The position numbers were made by a program, and so were the translations under genes. 64,000 bases of DNA from Mustelus asterias (taxonomy: Eukaryota). The notes below the pieces were generated by a model that worked only from the letters and a program-made list of their open reading frames with translations, ran no database searches and was not told the DNA's origin. The first letter of the stretch is position 1. Every line of letters starts with the position of its first letter. Positions 25,055 through 35,850 of this stretch are shown piece after piece. The stretch covers positions 4,464,001-4,528,000 of the forward strand of contig NC_135819.1 in NCBI RefSeq assembly GCF_964213995.1. Reading direction: 5' to 3'.

Positions 25055-25470
25055 TGACACTACGGGTCAATTTAGCATGGCCAATCCACCTAACCCGCAC
25101 ATCTTTGGGACACTAAAGGGCAATTTAGCATGGCCAATCCACCTAACCTGCACGTCTTTGGGACACTAAAGAGCAATTTAGCATGGCCAATCCACCTAAC
25201 CTGCACATCTTTGGGACACTAAGGGGCAATTTAGCATGGCTAATCCACCTAACTTGCACATCTTTGGGGCACTAAGGGGCAATTTAGCATGGCTAATCCA
25301 CCTAACTTGCACATCTTTGGGGCACTAAGGGGCAATTTAGCATGGCCAATCTACCTAACCTGCACATCTTTGGACACTAAGGGGCAATTTAGCATGGCCA
25401 ATCTACCTAACCTGCACATCTTTGGACACTAAGGGGCAATTTAGCATAGCCAATCCACCTAACCTGCACA
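25055..25470 (-). repeat. 52/53-bp SINE-internal tandem array (about 8 copies)
   Basis: Same unit as the other arrays, antisense. Confidence 0.9.
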
Positions 25471-25928
25471 CCTTTGAACTGTGGGAAGAAACCGGAGCAC
25501 CTGGAGGAAACCCACGCAGACATGGGGAGAACGTGCAAACTCCACACAGACAGTGACCCGAGGCTGGAATTGAACCCGGGCCCCTGGCGCTCTGAGGCAG
25601 CAGTGCTAACCACTGTGCCACTGTGCTGCCCTAACTGCATTGTGGTGTGCCTATACCACAAGGACTATCAAGAAGGGGGCTCTTCATAACTCACTTCTGG
25701 GCAATTAGGGATGGGTAATAAATGCTGGCCTTACCATCGACGCTCACATCGCATGTATAATTTTTTGTTTAAATTGTCTCTGGCACACACTGCCTTAGTA
25801 TCTCGTCAGTTTTCTTGCAATTATATCGATATATAGAAATACTACAAACCCCTAAAGTACTGAAATTTAAAGAGAAAAAATTTTTTTAAATGGGAGCAAT
25901 CAAACCTGCAAGACTAAATGCCGTCTAC

Positions 25929-25974
25929 CCTCCATTCTGGAGCAGTATGATAATGAGATTAAACACACCAACAT
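25929..25974 (-). CDS. Alternative candidate leader exon (MLVCLISLSYCSRME-G)
   Basis: ATG, short hydrophobic stretch and phase-1 donor G|gtagac (weak), compatible with the V exon. Confidence 0.3.
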
Positions 25975-26269
25975 TCCCAGGGTATCCCACTCCGTAACAC
26001 ACTGTAAAAAGATCCGGTGACTGACTCAGACAGCTAGACACAGTTAACTGAAGAACGAGTCTACAACTACTCATTCCCGGGCACGAGCCCATTCCCCGTG
26101 CTTTCCATTTCCCAAACTCCATTCTCAACAGAGCCTCGGATGTGGAGGGAAAGAGTCCATAGAATCCCTACAGTGCAGAATGAGGCCATACGGTCCATTG
26201 AGCCTGCACCGACAACAATCCCACCCAGACCCGATCCTCGTAACCCCACACATTTACCCTGCTAATCCC

Positions 26270-26780
26270 CCTGACACTAAGGGGCAATTTAGCATGACTA
26301 ATCCACCTAACCTACACATCTTTGGACATCAAAAGGCAATTTAGCATGGCCAATCCACCTAACCAGCACATCTTTGGACACTAAGGAGCAATTTAGCATG
26401 GCCAATCCACCTAACCTACACATCTTTGTACACCAAAGGGCAATTTAGCATGGCCAATCCACCTAACCCGCAAATCTTTGGACACTAAGGGGCAATTTGG
26501 CATGGCCAATCGACCTAACCTACACATCTGTGGACACTAAGGGACAATTTAGCATGGCCAATCCACCTAACCTGCACATTTTTGGACTCTAAGGGGCAAT
26601 TTAGCATGGCCAATCCACCTAACCTGTACATCTTTCGACACTAAGAGGCCATTTAGCATGGCCAATCCACCTAACCTACACATCTGTGGACACTAAGGGA
26701 CAATTTAGCATGGCCAATCCACCTAACCTGCACATTTTTGGACACTAAGGGGCAATTTAGCATGACCAATCCACCTAACC
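26270..26780 (-). repeat. 52-bp SINE-internal tandem array (about 10 copies)
   Basis: Same unit, antisense. Confidence 0.9.
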
Positions 26781-26826
26781 AAAGGTTAAAAGGATCAAAA
26801 AGAAAGTCAGAAAGTCAATCTTGTAC

Positions 26827-26890
26827 CTGCGAAATAGAGACCAGTGATAGACATGCGCCAAAACCAGACGGAGAGGGCTAGACAATTCAT
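26827..26890 (-). CDS. IgSF receptor, probable signal-peptide exon (MNCLALSVWFWRMSITGLYFA-G)
   Basis: ATG at 26890, 64 nt, hydrophobic, phase-1 donor GCA G|gtacaa in frame with the V exon. Confidence 0.55.
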
Positions 26891-27529
26891 TCTTTGTCTG
26901 TGCTGTTCTCCTCCCTTCTGCAAAGTGACTGCAATATACTTCACATGGGAAGAGGAACCTCGGTAGTGGTGCAATTATTTCTTTTGCTGTTTTTGTTCCC
27001 TTGTGCAATGAGGTATGATTCAATTTTACTGTAAGATCCTGTTTTGATTTTTTTTTTGTTTTTCTCCCACCATCTGTTTAGCTTTCAATATCTCTGTTCT
27101 GACACCAGACCGTGAGCTTTCACATCACCCCAGAACACAGTGGTGGAACAATGGAGGCTGCAGACACCTACACAAACATGTCATGATAGGCGAATGACCC
27201 CACCCCTTCACCAAGGCAATTTAGGAGGAATCGGGCATAATCAATACCATCCCACAATTCCTACGCACACCCAAATCAACTTTAACCTTGTTCCATGACC
27301 AGGAACTGCCGTAACCGACTAAGGCAATTTGGTACCAACAAGTCCTTCTTTTTTCCAGATCGGACTGTTTCGGTCACAATATGGGCAGCACGGTGGCGCA
27401 GTGGTTAGCACTGCTGCCTCACTGCGCCAGGGACCCGGGTTCGGTTCCGGTCTGTGTGGAGACTGCACATTCTCCCCATGTCTGCATGGGTTTCCTCTGG
27501 GTGCTCCGGTTCCCACGCACTGTCCAAAA

Positions 27530-28860
27530 TGTGCAGGTTAGGTGGATTGGCCATGCTAAATTGTCCTTTAGTGTCCAAAGATGTGCAGGTTAGGTGGATT
27601 GGCCATGCTAAATTGTCCTTTAGTGTCCAAAGATGTGCAGGTTAGGTGGATTGGCCATGGTAAATTGCCCTTTAGTGTCCAACGACGTGCAGGTAAGGTG
27701 GATTGGCCATGCTAAATTACCCCTTAGTGTCCAGAAATGTGCGGGTTAGGTGGATTGGCCATGCTAAATTACCCCTTAGTGTCCAAAGATGTTACGGTTA
27801 GGTGGATTGGCCATGCTAAATTGCCCCTTAGTGTCCAAAGGTGTGTAGGTTAGGTGGATTGGCCATGCTAAATTGCCCCTTAGTGTCCAAAGATGTGTAG
27901 GTTAGGTGGATTGGCCATGCTAAATTGCCCCTTAGTGTCCAAAGATGTTAAGGTTAGGTGGATTGGCCATGCTAAATTGCCCCTTAGTGTCCAAAGATGT
28001 GCGGGTTAGGTGGATTGGCCATGCTAAATTGCCCCTTAGTGTCCAAAGATGTGTAGGTTAGGTGGATTAGCCATGCTAAATTGCCCCTTAGTGTCCAAAG
28101 ATGTGTAGGTTAGGTGGATTGGCCATGCTAAATTGCCCCTTAGTGTCCAAAGATGTGTAGGTTAGGTGGATTGGCCATGCTAAATTGCCCCTTAGTGTCC
28201 AAAGATGTTAAGGTTAGGTGGATTGGCCATGCTAAATTGCCCCTTAGTGTCCAAAGATGTGCGGGTTAGGTGGATTGGCCATGCTAAATTGCCCCTTAGT
28301 GTCCAAAGATGTGTAGGTTAGGTGGATTAGCCATGCTAAATTGCCCCTTAGTGTCCAAAGATGTGTAGGTTAGGTGGATTGGCCATGCTAAATTGTCCTT
28401 TAGTGTCCAAAGATGTGCAGGTTAGGTGGATTGGCCATGCTAAATTGTCCTTTAGTGTCCAAAGATGTGCAGGTTAGGTGGATTGGCCATGGTAAATTGC
28501 CCTTTAGTGTCCAACGACGTGCAGGTAAGGTGGATTGGCCATGCTAAATTACCCCTTAGTGTCCAGAAATGTGCGGGTTAGGTGGATTGGCCATGCTAAA
28601 TTGCCCCTTAGTGTCCAAAGATGTGTAGGTTAGGTGGATTAGCCATGCTAAATTGCCCCTTAGTGTCCAAAGATGTGTAGGTTAGGTGGATTGGCCATGC
28701 TAAATTGCCCCTTAGTGTCCAAAGATGTGTAGGTTAGGTGGATTGGCCATGCTAAATTGCCCCTTAGTGTCCAAAGATGTGTAGGTTAGGTGGATTGGCC
28801 ATGCTAAATTGCCCCTTAGTGTCCAAAGATGTGTAGGTTAGGTGGATTGGCCATGCTAAA
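27530..28860 (+). repeat. 52-bp SINE-internal satellite, about 25 copies, inside one SINE (head about 27383, tail to about 28970)
   Basis: Direct tandem units; variant units recur at 260-bp and 832-bp spacing. Confidence 0.95.
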
Positions 28861-29009
28861 TGTACAAGGTTACGGGGATTCAGCGGAGGGGAGGGCCTGG
28901 GTGGGTTGTTCTTTCGGAGAATCAATGCAGACTCAATGGGCCAAATGGCCTCCTTCTGTAGGGATTCTATGGTAATAGGGATTGAACGATTGGGTTAGAT
29001 GCCAGTTCA

Positions 29010-29185
29010 AACCATTGACAGACAAATGCCGATCAACTGGGGAGAGCGAGTAGATTCATAGTTGTATGTTCCTCCCTTGTACCAAGTGACTGTGCACATT
29101 GCACCTCAGTGATGGTGCAATGATTTCTTTTACAGCTGTTATCCCCTTGTGCAATTCAATTTTACCGTAAGATCCTGTTTAGATC
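29010..29185 (-). pseudogene. Diverged, disabled duplicate of the leader exon and its upstream region
   Basis: Aligns by eye to 26830-27045; ATG at 29059 reads MNLLALPS-stop versus MNCLALSVW. Confidence 0.6.
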
Positions 29186-30274
29186 ACATTTTTCTGAGTT
29201 ACAGAATATTCTTCTTGGAACTTGAAATCGAAAACCCTTCAGAAATATTTCAGTTCCATTTCCTATCCTTCATCCAACAGTGTAGGGTATCTACACCGTC
29301 TCGCCCAGTCAATTGGAACTGTCTGTAGAAACCAAGTCTTACCCCATACAGATCCTATTGCAGTATCTAGTCCTCATTCTAAAAGGGAGTGTTGGACATC
29401 ATTCTTCATTCTCTCGGGATCTGGTTACAGGAACCAGGTTCAAATCATTGCCGTGTGAGCCTGACCTCATCTGCAGTGTACACATTGAACAGGTATTCAT
29501 AAGGACTCCAATTTCAGCTGATGTCACACCCACGGAGCGCTGAGGAATGACTAATCCAAAGCTGTGTAAGAATGTGGTGTATAATAAAGGAAGTGCTGGG
29601 TGGTGCAAAAACTTACCATCAATTTCCCGAAAAGAGGCCGAAAGTGTTCCATCCTGGTGCCAAGTGGTTCATTGGCAGTGCAGATCCTTTCTCACTCGAG
29701 CCATAATTCACCGAAGGAATTGACCGATTTACGATATCCCAGCAGTCACTACACTCGTCATGAAACAAAACGTGCAGCCCACTCGGGGAGTCGGGGGGTG
29801 GGGGGGGGAGGTGATGGCCTAGTGGTATTATCGCTAGACTATTAATCCAGAAACTCAGCTAATGTTCTGGGGGACCCGGGTTCGAATCCCGGCACGGTGG
29901 ATGGTGGAATTTGAATTCAATTTAAAAAATCTGGAATTAAGAATCTACTGATGACCATGAAACCATTGTCGATTGTCAGAAAAAAACCCATCTGGTTCCC
30001 TCATGTCCTTTAGGGAAGGAAATCTGCCGTCCTTACCCGGTCTCGCCTACATGTGACTCCAGAGCCACAGCAATGTGGTTGACTCTCAACTGCCCTCGGG
30101 TAACTAGGGATGGGCAATAAATGCTGGCCCAGCCAGCGGCACCCATGTCCCACGAGTGAATAACAAAAAACTTCAAATTTGTGCCCAAGCACATAATGAA
30201 TGATGCATGCCAAAACTGTGAATGATGCATCCTCCCATTGGGACCAAAGACATTGACTTCAAGGAAATAAATGG

Positions 30275-31567
30275 AGAAAGGAATAAACTCATTAACGATA
30301 GTCAGCATGGTTTTGTGAGAGGGAGGTCATGCCTCACTAACCTGGTGGAGTTTTTTGAAGAAGTGACCAGAATGGTTGATGAGGGAAGGGCCGTGGATGT
30401 CGTCTATATGGACTTTAGTAAAGCGTTTGACAAAGTCCCTCATGGTAGGTTGGTGCAAAAGGTTGGATCTCATGGGATAAAGGGGGAGGTGGCTAGATGG
30501 GTGGAGAACTGGCTTGGTCACAGAAGACAGAGGGTGGTAGTGGAAGGGTCTTTTTCCGGCTGGATGCCTGTGACTAGTGGTGTTCCGCAGGGCTCTGTAT
30601 TGGGACCTCTGCTGTTTGTGATTTATATAAACGATCTGGAAGAAGGTGTAACTGGGGTGATCAGTAAGTTTGCAGACGACACGAAAATGGCAGGACTTGC
30701 AGATAGTGAGGAACATTGTCAGAGGCTACAGAAGGATATAGATAGGCTGGAAATTTGGGCAAAGAAATGGCAGATGGAGTTCAATCCAGATAAGTGCGAA
30801 GTGATGCATTTTGGTAGAACTAACGTAGGGGGGAGCTATACAATAAATGGCAGAACCATAAAGGGTGTAGATACGCAGAGGGACCTGGGTGTGCAAGTCC
30901 ACAGATCCTTGAAGGTGACGTCACAGGTGGAGAAGGTAGTGAATAAGGCATATGGCATGCTTGCCTTTATAGGACGGGGCATAGAGTATAAAAGTTGGGG
31001 TCTGATGTTGCAGTTGTATAGAACATTGGTTCGGCCGCATTTGGAATACAGTGCCCAGTTCTGGTCGCCACACTACCAGAAGGATGTGGAGGCTTTAGAG
31101 AGAGTGCAGAGGAGGTTTACCAGGATGTTGCCTGGTATGGAGGGGCTTAGTTATGAGGAGAGATTGGGTAAACTGGGGTTGTTCTCACTGGAAAGACGGA
31201 GGATGAGGGGTGACCTAATAGAGGTGTATAAAATTATGAAAGACATAGATAGGGTGAACGGTGGGAAGCTTTTTCCCAGGTCGGTGGTGACGTTCACGAG
31301 GGGTCATAGGTTCAAGGTGAGAGGGGGGAGGTTTAACACGGATATCAGAAGGACGTATTTTACACAGAGGGTGGTGGGGGCCTGGAATGCGCTGCCGGGC
31401 AAGGTGGTGGAGGCGGACACACTGGGAACGTTTAAGACTTATCTAGATAGCCACATGAATGGAGTGGGAATGGAGGGATACAAAAGAATGGTCTAGTTTA
31501 GACCAGGGAGCGGCGCGGGCTTGGAGGGCCGAAGGGCCTGTTCCTGTGCTGTATTGTTCTTTGTTCT
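30275..31567 (+). mobile_element. Young CR1-type LINE 3' portion with an uninterrupted RT ORF
   Basis: 424-aa ORF with QHGF, DFSKAFDKVPH, GVPQGSVLGP, FADDTK and the CR1 C-terminus. Confidence 0.95.
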
Positions 31568-32004
31568 TCACCTACAAAGAGCCTTATTGAAAGCCCCTAA
31601 GGATGGCACGGTGGGCACAGTGGTTAGCACTGCTGCCTCACAGGGTCAGGCACCCGGGTTCGATTCTCGGCCTTGGGTGACTGTGTGGAGTCTGCACGTT
31701 CTCCCCCGTGTCTGCGTGGGTTTCCTCCGGGTGCTTCAGTTTCCTCCCACAGTCCAAAGATGTGCAGGTTAGGTGGATTGGCCACGTTAAATTGCCCCAT
31801 AGTGTCAGGGGGACTAGCTAGGGTAAATGCATGGGGTTATGGGGATAGGGCCTGGGTGGGATTGTGGTTGGTGCAGACTCGAGGGGCCAAATTGCCTCCT
31901 TCTGCACTGTGGGATTCTATGATTCTACCCCATCTCTGCATGGGTTTCCTCCGGGTTCTCCGGTTCCATCTCACAGACTGAAAGATATGCTGGTTAGATG
32001 CATT

Positions 32005-32802
32005 GATTTGATTTGATTTATTATTGTCACATGTATTAACATACAGTGAAAAGTATTGTTTCTTGCACGCTATCCAGACAAAACATACCATTCATAGAGA
32101 AGGAAATGAGAGAGTGCGCAGAATGTAGTGTTACGGTCATAGCTAGGGTGTAGAGAAAGATCAGCTAGGTGCAAGGTAAGTCCATTCAAAAGTCTGACAG
32201 CAGCAGGGAAGAAGCTGTTCTTGAGTCGGTTGGTACGTGACCTCAGACTTTTGTATCTTTTTCCCGAAGGAAGAAGGTGGAAGAGAGAATGTCCGGGGGG
32301 CGTGGCGTCCTTAATTATGCTGGCTGCTTTCCCGAGGCAGCGGGATGTGTAGGCAGAGTCAATGGATGAGAGGCTGGTTTGCATGATGGATTGGGCTACA
32401 TTCATGACCTTTCAGAACATAGAACAGTACAGCACAGAACAGGCCCTTCGGCCCACGATGTTGTGCTGAGCTTTATCTGAAACCAAGATCAAGCTATCCC
32501 ACTCCCTATCATCCTGGTGTGCTCCATGTGCCTATCCAATAACTGCTTAAATGTTCCTAAAGTGTCTGACTCCACTATCACTGCAGGCAGTCCATTCCAC
32601 ACCCCAACCACTCTCTGCGTAAAGAACCTACCTCTGATATCCTTCCTATATCTCCCACCATGAACCCTATAGTTATGCCCCCTTGTAATAGCTCCATCCA
32701 CCCGAGGAAAGAGTCTTTTGTAGTTCCTTGTGGTCTTTTGGGCAGAGCAGGAGCCATACCAAGCTGTGATACAACCAGAAAGAATGCTTTCTATGGTGCA
32801 TC
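32005..32802 (-). mobile_element. Rex1-like LINE fragment with a nested CR1 3' end (about 32415-32715)
   Basis: Rex1 C-terminal ORF split by a CR1 tail. Confidence 0.8.
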
Positions 32803-32954
32803 TGAGCCATGCTAAGTTCTCCCTCAGTGTACCCGAACAGGCTCCGGAGTGTGGTCACTAGGGGGCTTTCACAGTAATTTCATTGCAGTGTTAATGCAAG
32901 TCGACTTGTGGCACTAATAAATAAATATACTTAGAGAAATTAAACTTTGAACAT

Positions 32955-33100
32955 TTATGAATGTGAACTTTAAATTACAAGGAGGTGACAAATGATTGCT
33001 TTTATTCTGTCAGCCTGCAGAGGGCAGTGTGGTTGTCTTTGGCCAACTCATCCCATTGAATACCAGCCAATCGGAATCAGTTGGCGTGAGGCCATGGGAT
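32955..33100 (+). promoter_or_regulatory. CTCF-like + CCAAT module, copy 1
   Basis: CCTGCAGAGGGCAG at 33014-33027 and CCAAT at 33067; homologous to 39515-39660. Confidence 0.45.
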
Positions 33101-34546
33101 CGGATTTGCACTGCGTTTGCGTTTCTTGTTCCAATTTACCAATCTAACTTAATTGGCCTTCAATGAGAGTTACTCAATTCACCTGGGGATTGCTACCAGC
33201 TGCTGCTGTGGTCTATGGTCGGAACTAAGGTCCAGCGGGCAAAAGATAGTGCAGCCACTCTGACTCGCCACATTGCAGTGACCCAGGGAGAATCCATGTT
33301 TCAATCTGATGAACCATATTTCGAACCGGATTTCGCAGTCAGTAGCCGAGGCCTTCCCTGCACACTCCTGCTCAAAACAAAGTTCTCACGGGATATTGAG
33401 CGCGGCCTTGCTCTAATCTGGCATCTGTTGCAAAGCAGCACCCCCTCCTGGGGGGGTCTCTGGTGCCTACAAATGGGACAAGAAACCGCAAAAGCTCCAA
33501 TCAAATTGAAGGAACCTCACTGAGCCACGCAGAGTCTAAACCAGGAAGTTAAATCAGGGAAGATAACTTCATGCACAGAAATCAAAATGAAGGTTGGGAA
33601 ATACTGGAATTAATCGAGAGGGATAAAATAGACAGACAGAATATTTCTTTTTCAATAAGATCCAGTTCTCATAACACATTCCAATAGCAACTACCATGGA
33701 ATAACAAGTGGAACTTCAGCTAATTTCCCTTTCCCATCCTATCCCATCCCTTCTGTAATAGTCGAGGGCACCATGATGTGGCTTGAATCAACAAAGTTTG
33801 ATTGCCAACAATGGGAATAAGATATACAACAAAGTCAGACTGAATTACAATTCAACCGTTCTACTCGACTCTCTATAATTTTTGATTTATTTATTAGTGT
33901 CACAAATAGGCTTACATTAACACTGCAATGAAGTTACTGTGAAAAATCCCTAGTCGCCACACTCCTGTTCGGGTACACTGAGGGAGAATTTAGCACGGCC
34001 AACGCACTCTAACCAGCACGTCTTTCAGACTGTGGGAGGAAACCGGAGCACCCGGAGGAAACCCACGCAGACACGGGGAGAACATGCAGACTCCGCACAG
34101 ACAGTGACCCGAGCCGGGAATTGAACCCGGGTCCCTGGCGCTGTGAGGCAGCAGTGCTAACCACTGTGCCACCATGCCGTCCATATTGGCTTCAACTGCG
34201 AAGCTTCTCCTTGACCCATGGTATGATAGATAGATAGATACCCTACAGTGCAGAAAGAGGCCCTTCGGCCCATCGAGTCTGCACCGACCACAATCCCACC
34301 CAGGCCCTATCCCTACATATTTTACCCACTAACCCCTCTAATCTACACATCTCAGGACTCTAAGAGGCAATTTTGTTTTAGCACGGCCAATCAACCTAAC
34401 CCGCACATCTTTGGACTGTGGGAGGAAACCGGAGCACCCGGAGGAAACCCACGCAGACACGAGGAGAATGTGCAAACTCCACACAGACAGTGACCCAAGC
34501 TGGGAATCGAACCCAGGTCCCTGGAGCTGTGAAGCAGCAGTGCTAA

Positions 34547-34668
34547 CCACTGTGCTACCGTGCCGCCCCACTGTGCTACCGTGCCGCCCACTGTGCTACC
34601 GTGCCGCCCCACTGTGCCACCGTGCCGCCCACTGTGCTACCGTGCCGCCCACTGTGCTACCGTGCCGC
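34547..34668 (-). repeat. Six tandem copies of the 20-21-bp SINE head (A-box region)
   Basis: cactgtgctaccgtgccgcc x6 at the 5' end of an antisense SINE. Confidence 0.9.
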
Positions 34669-35850
34669 TCTCCTGCTGCTTGGTCCAGCTTCCCGCCATG
34701 ACAATCCATAGGGTCCGGCCCAATCACATGGCCCTTGGGATAGGCCGCACCAGCCCCGCCACATGGGGCCACACAACTACAACTTCCCCAGCTTGGAGCA
34801 CAAGTGCTTCTGTCAGATTCATGGCCAACTGATGGATCTCCAATCAGACCTGGGGTCTCCTTGCAATTATTGACTCACTGCCACACTGCATTGCCGTAGT
34901 CCCACTGGATACATTAATCCAGGGTGTCCTTGAGCTTGGACATTCCAGGGCAATTTTAGGCCTTAAATGGTGCCAGCAAGGCCTGGTTCCAATCAAGGCC
35001 AAATTCTTTAAACGTGAAGGGGAAGAGAGAGAGCAGACATGGCTGAATTGGGCGGCAGGGTGACACTGCTGCCTCACAGCTCCAGGGACCTGAGTTCGAT
35101 TCCCGGCTTGGGTCACGTTCTCCCCGTGTCTGCCTGGGTTTCCTCCGGGTGCTCGGGTTTCCTCCCACAGTCCGAAAGACGTGCTGGTTAGGTGGATTGG
35201 CTGTGCTAAATTGCCCCTTAGTGTCCCAGAATGCATAGATTAGAGGGATTAGTGGGGTAAATATGTGGGGTTATAGGGGTAGGGCCTGGGTGGAATTGTT
35301 GTCAATGCAGACTCGATGGGCCGAATAGTCTCTTTCTGCACTGTAGGGATTCTATTACTGGCTTGCTTCAACATCTCAAATCCTCTCCATCTGCTGGGAC
35401 TAAATTCACCATTTATTTTTACATCCACAATATGTTCTCCTCACTATAGAACCTTTCTTAAGGTTTTAGTTTACCTTCACCTAAAGTGTCAACCTTCACA
35501 CCATCGGCAATGCACAACAATCACTGGGACATCACAGCTAATTATGAATCAAAATTCAGACTGTGTCCATTCCTAAGGGCCAATCCAAGCCATAGCCAAT
35601 GGCAGTTTGCAGCCTCTCGGTTCACTGAAAGGTCATACAGAGCGACCTTCCCCCATTCCCCTCTGCGGCGCCTGCCCCAAGCTTTAGTGCGTCCCTCAGC
35701 ACCTAGTCCTGGGTTTTTGAATGTGCCAGTCTGCAACAGTTGGGGACAACTCCTTTCTCTGGAAGACCAACAAGTTTCAGGTGGACCAAAGAGCGTCTTT
35801 TACCGAGTTGATGACACTCCAGCAGCAGCTGATACTTGTCTCAGAGTGCT

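Noticed and set aside
27530-28860. Regular repeat arrays (also 4580-5175 and 35851-36990) as CRISPR-like arrays
   Set aside because: Units are contiguous with no unique spacers, there are no cas genes, the context is eukaryotic, and the 52-bp unit is an internal SINE segment.
29230-29615. Possible degenerate V exon (LVIPQRSVGV...RIGNGTEIFLK) and a nearby gtaagt donor
   Set aside because: Needs several stops and frameshifts and lacks clear C/W/YxC anchors; cannot be supported without a tBLASTn/HMM search.
33182-33504. CPICR-containing ORF suggesting a RING/TRIM fragment; exon-like AG/GT boundaries
   Set aside because: Cys/His spacing does not complete a RING, and all three phases of the putative exon contain stops; at most a non-coding exon.
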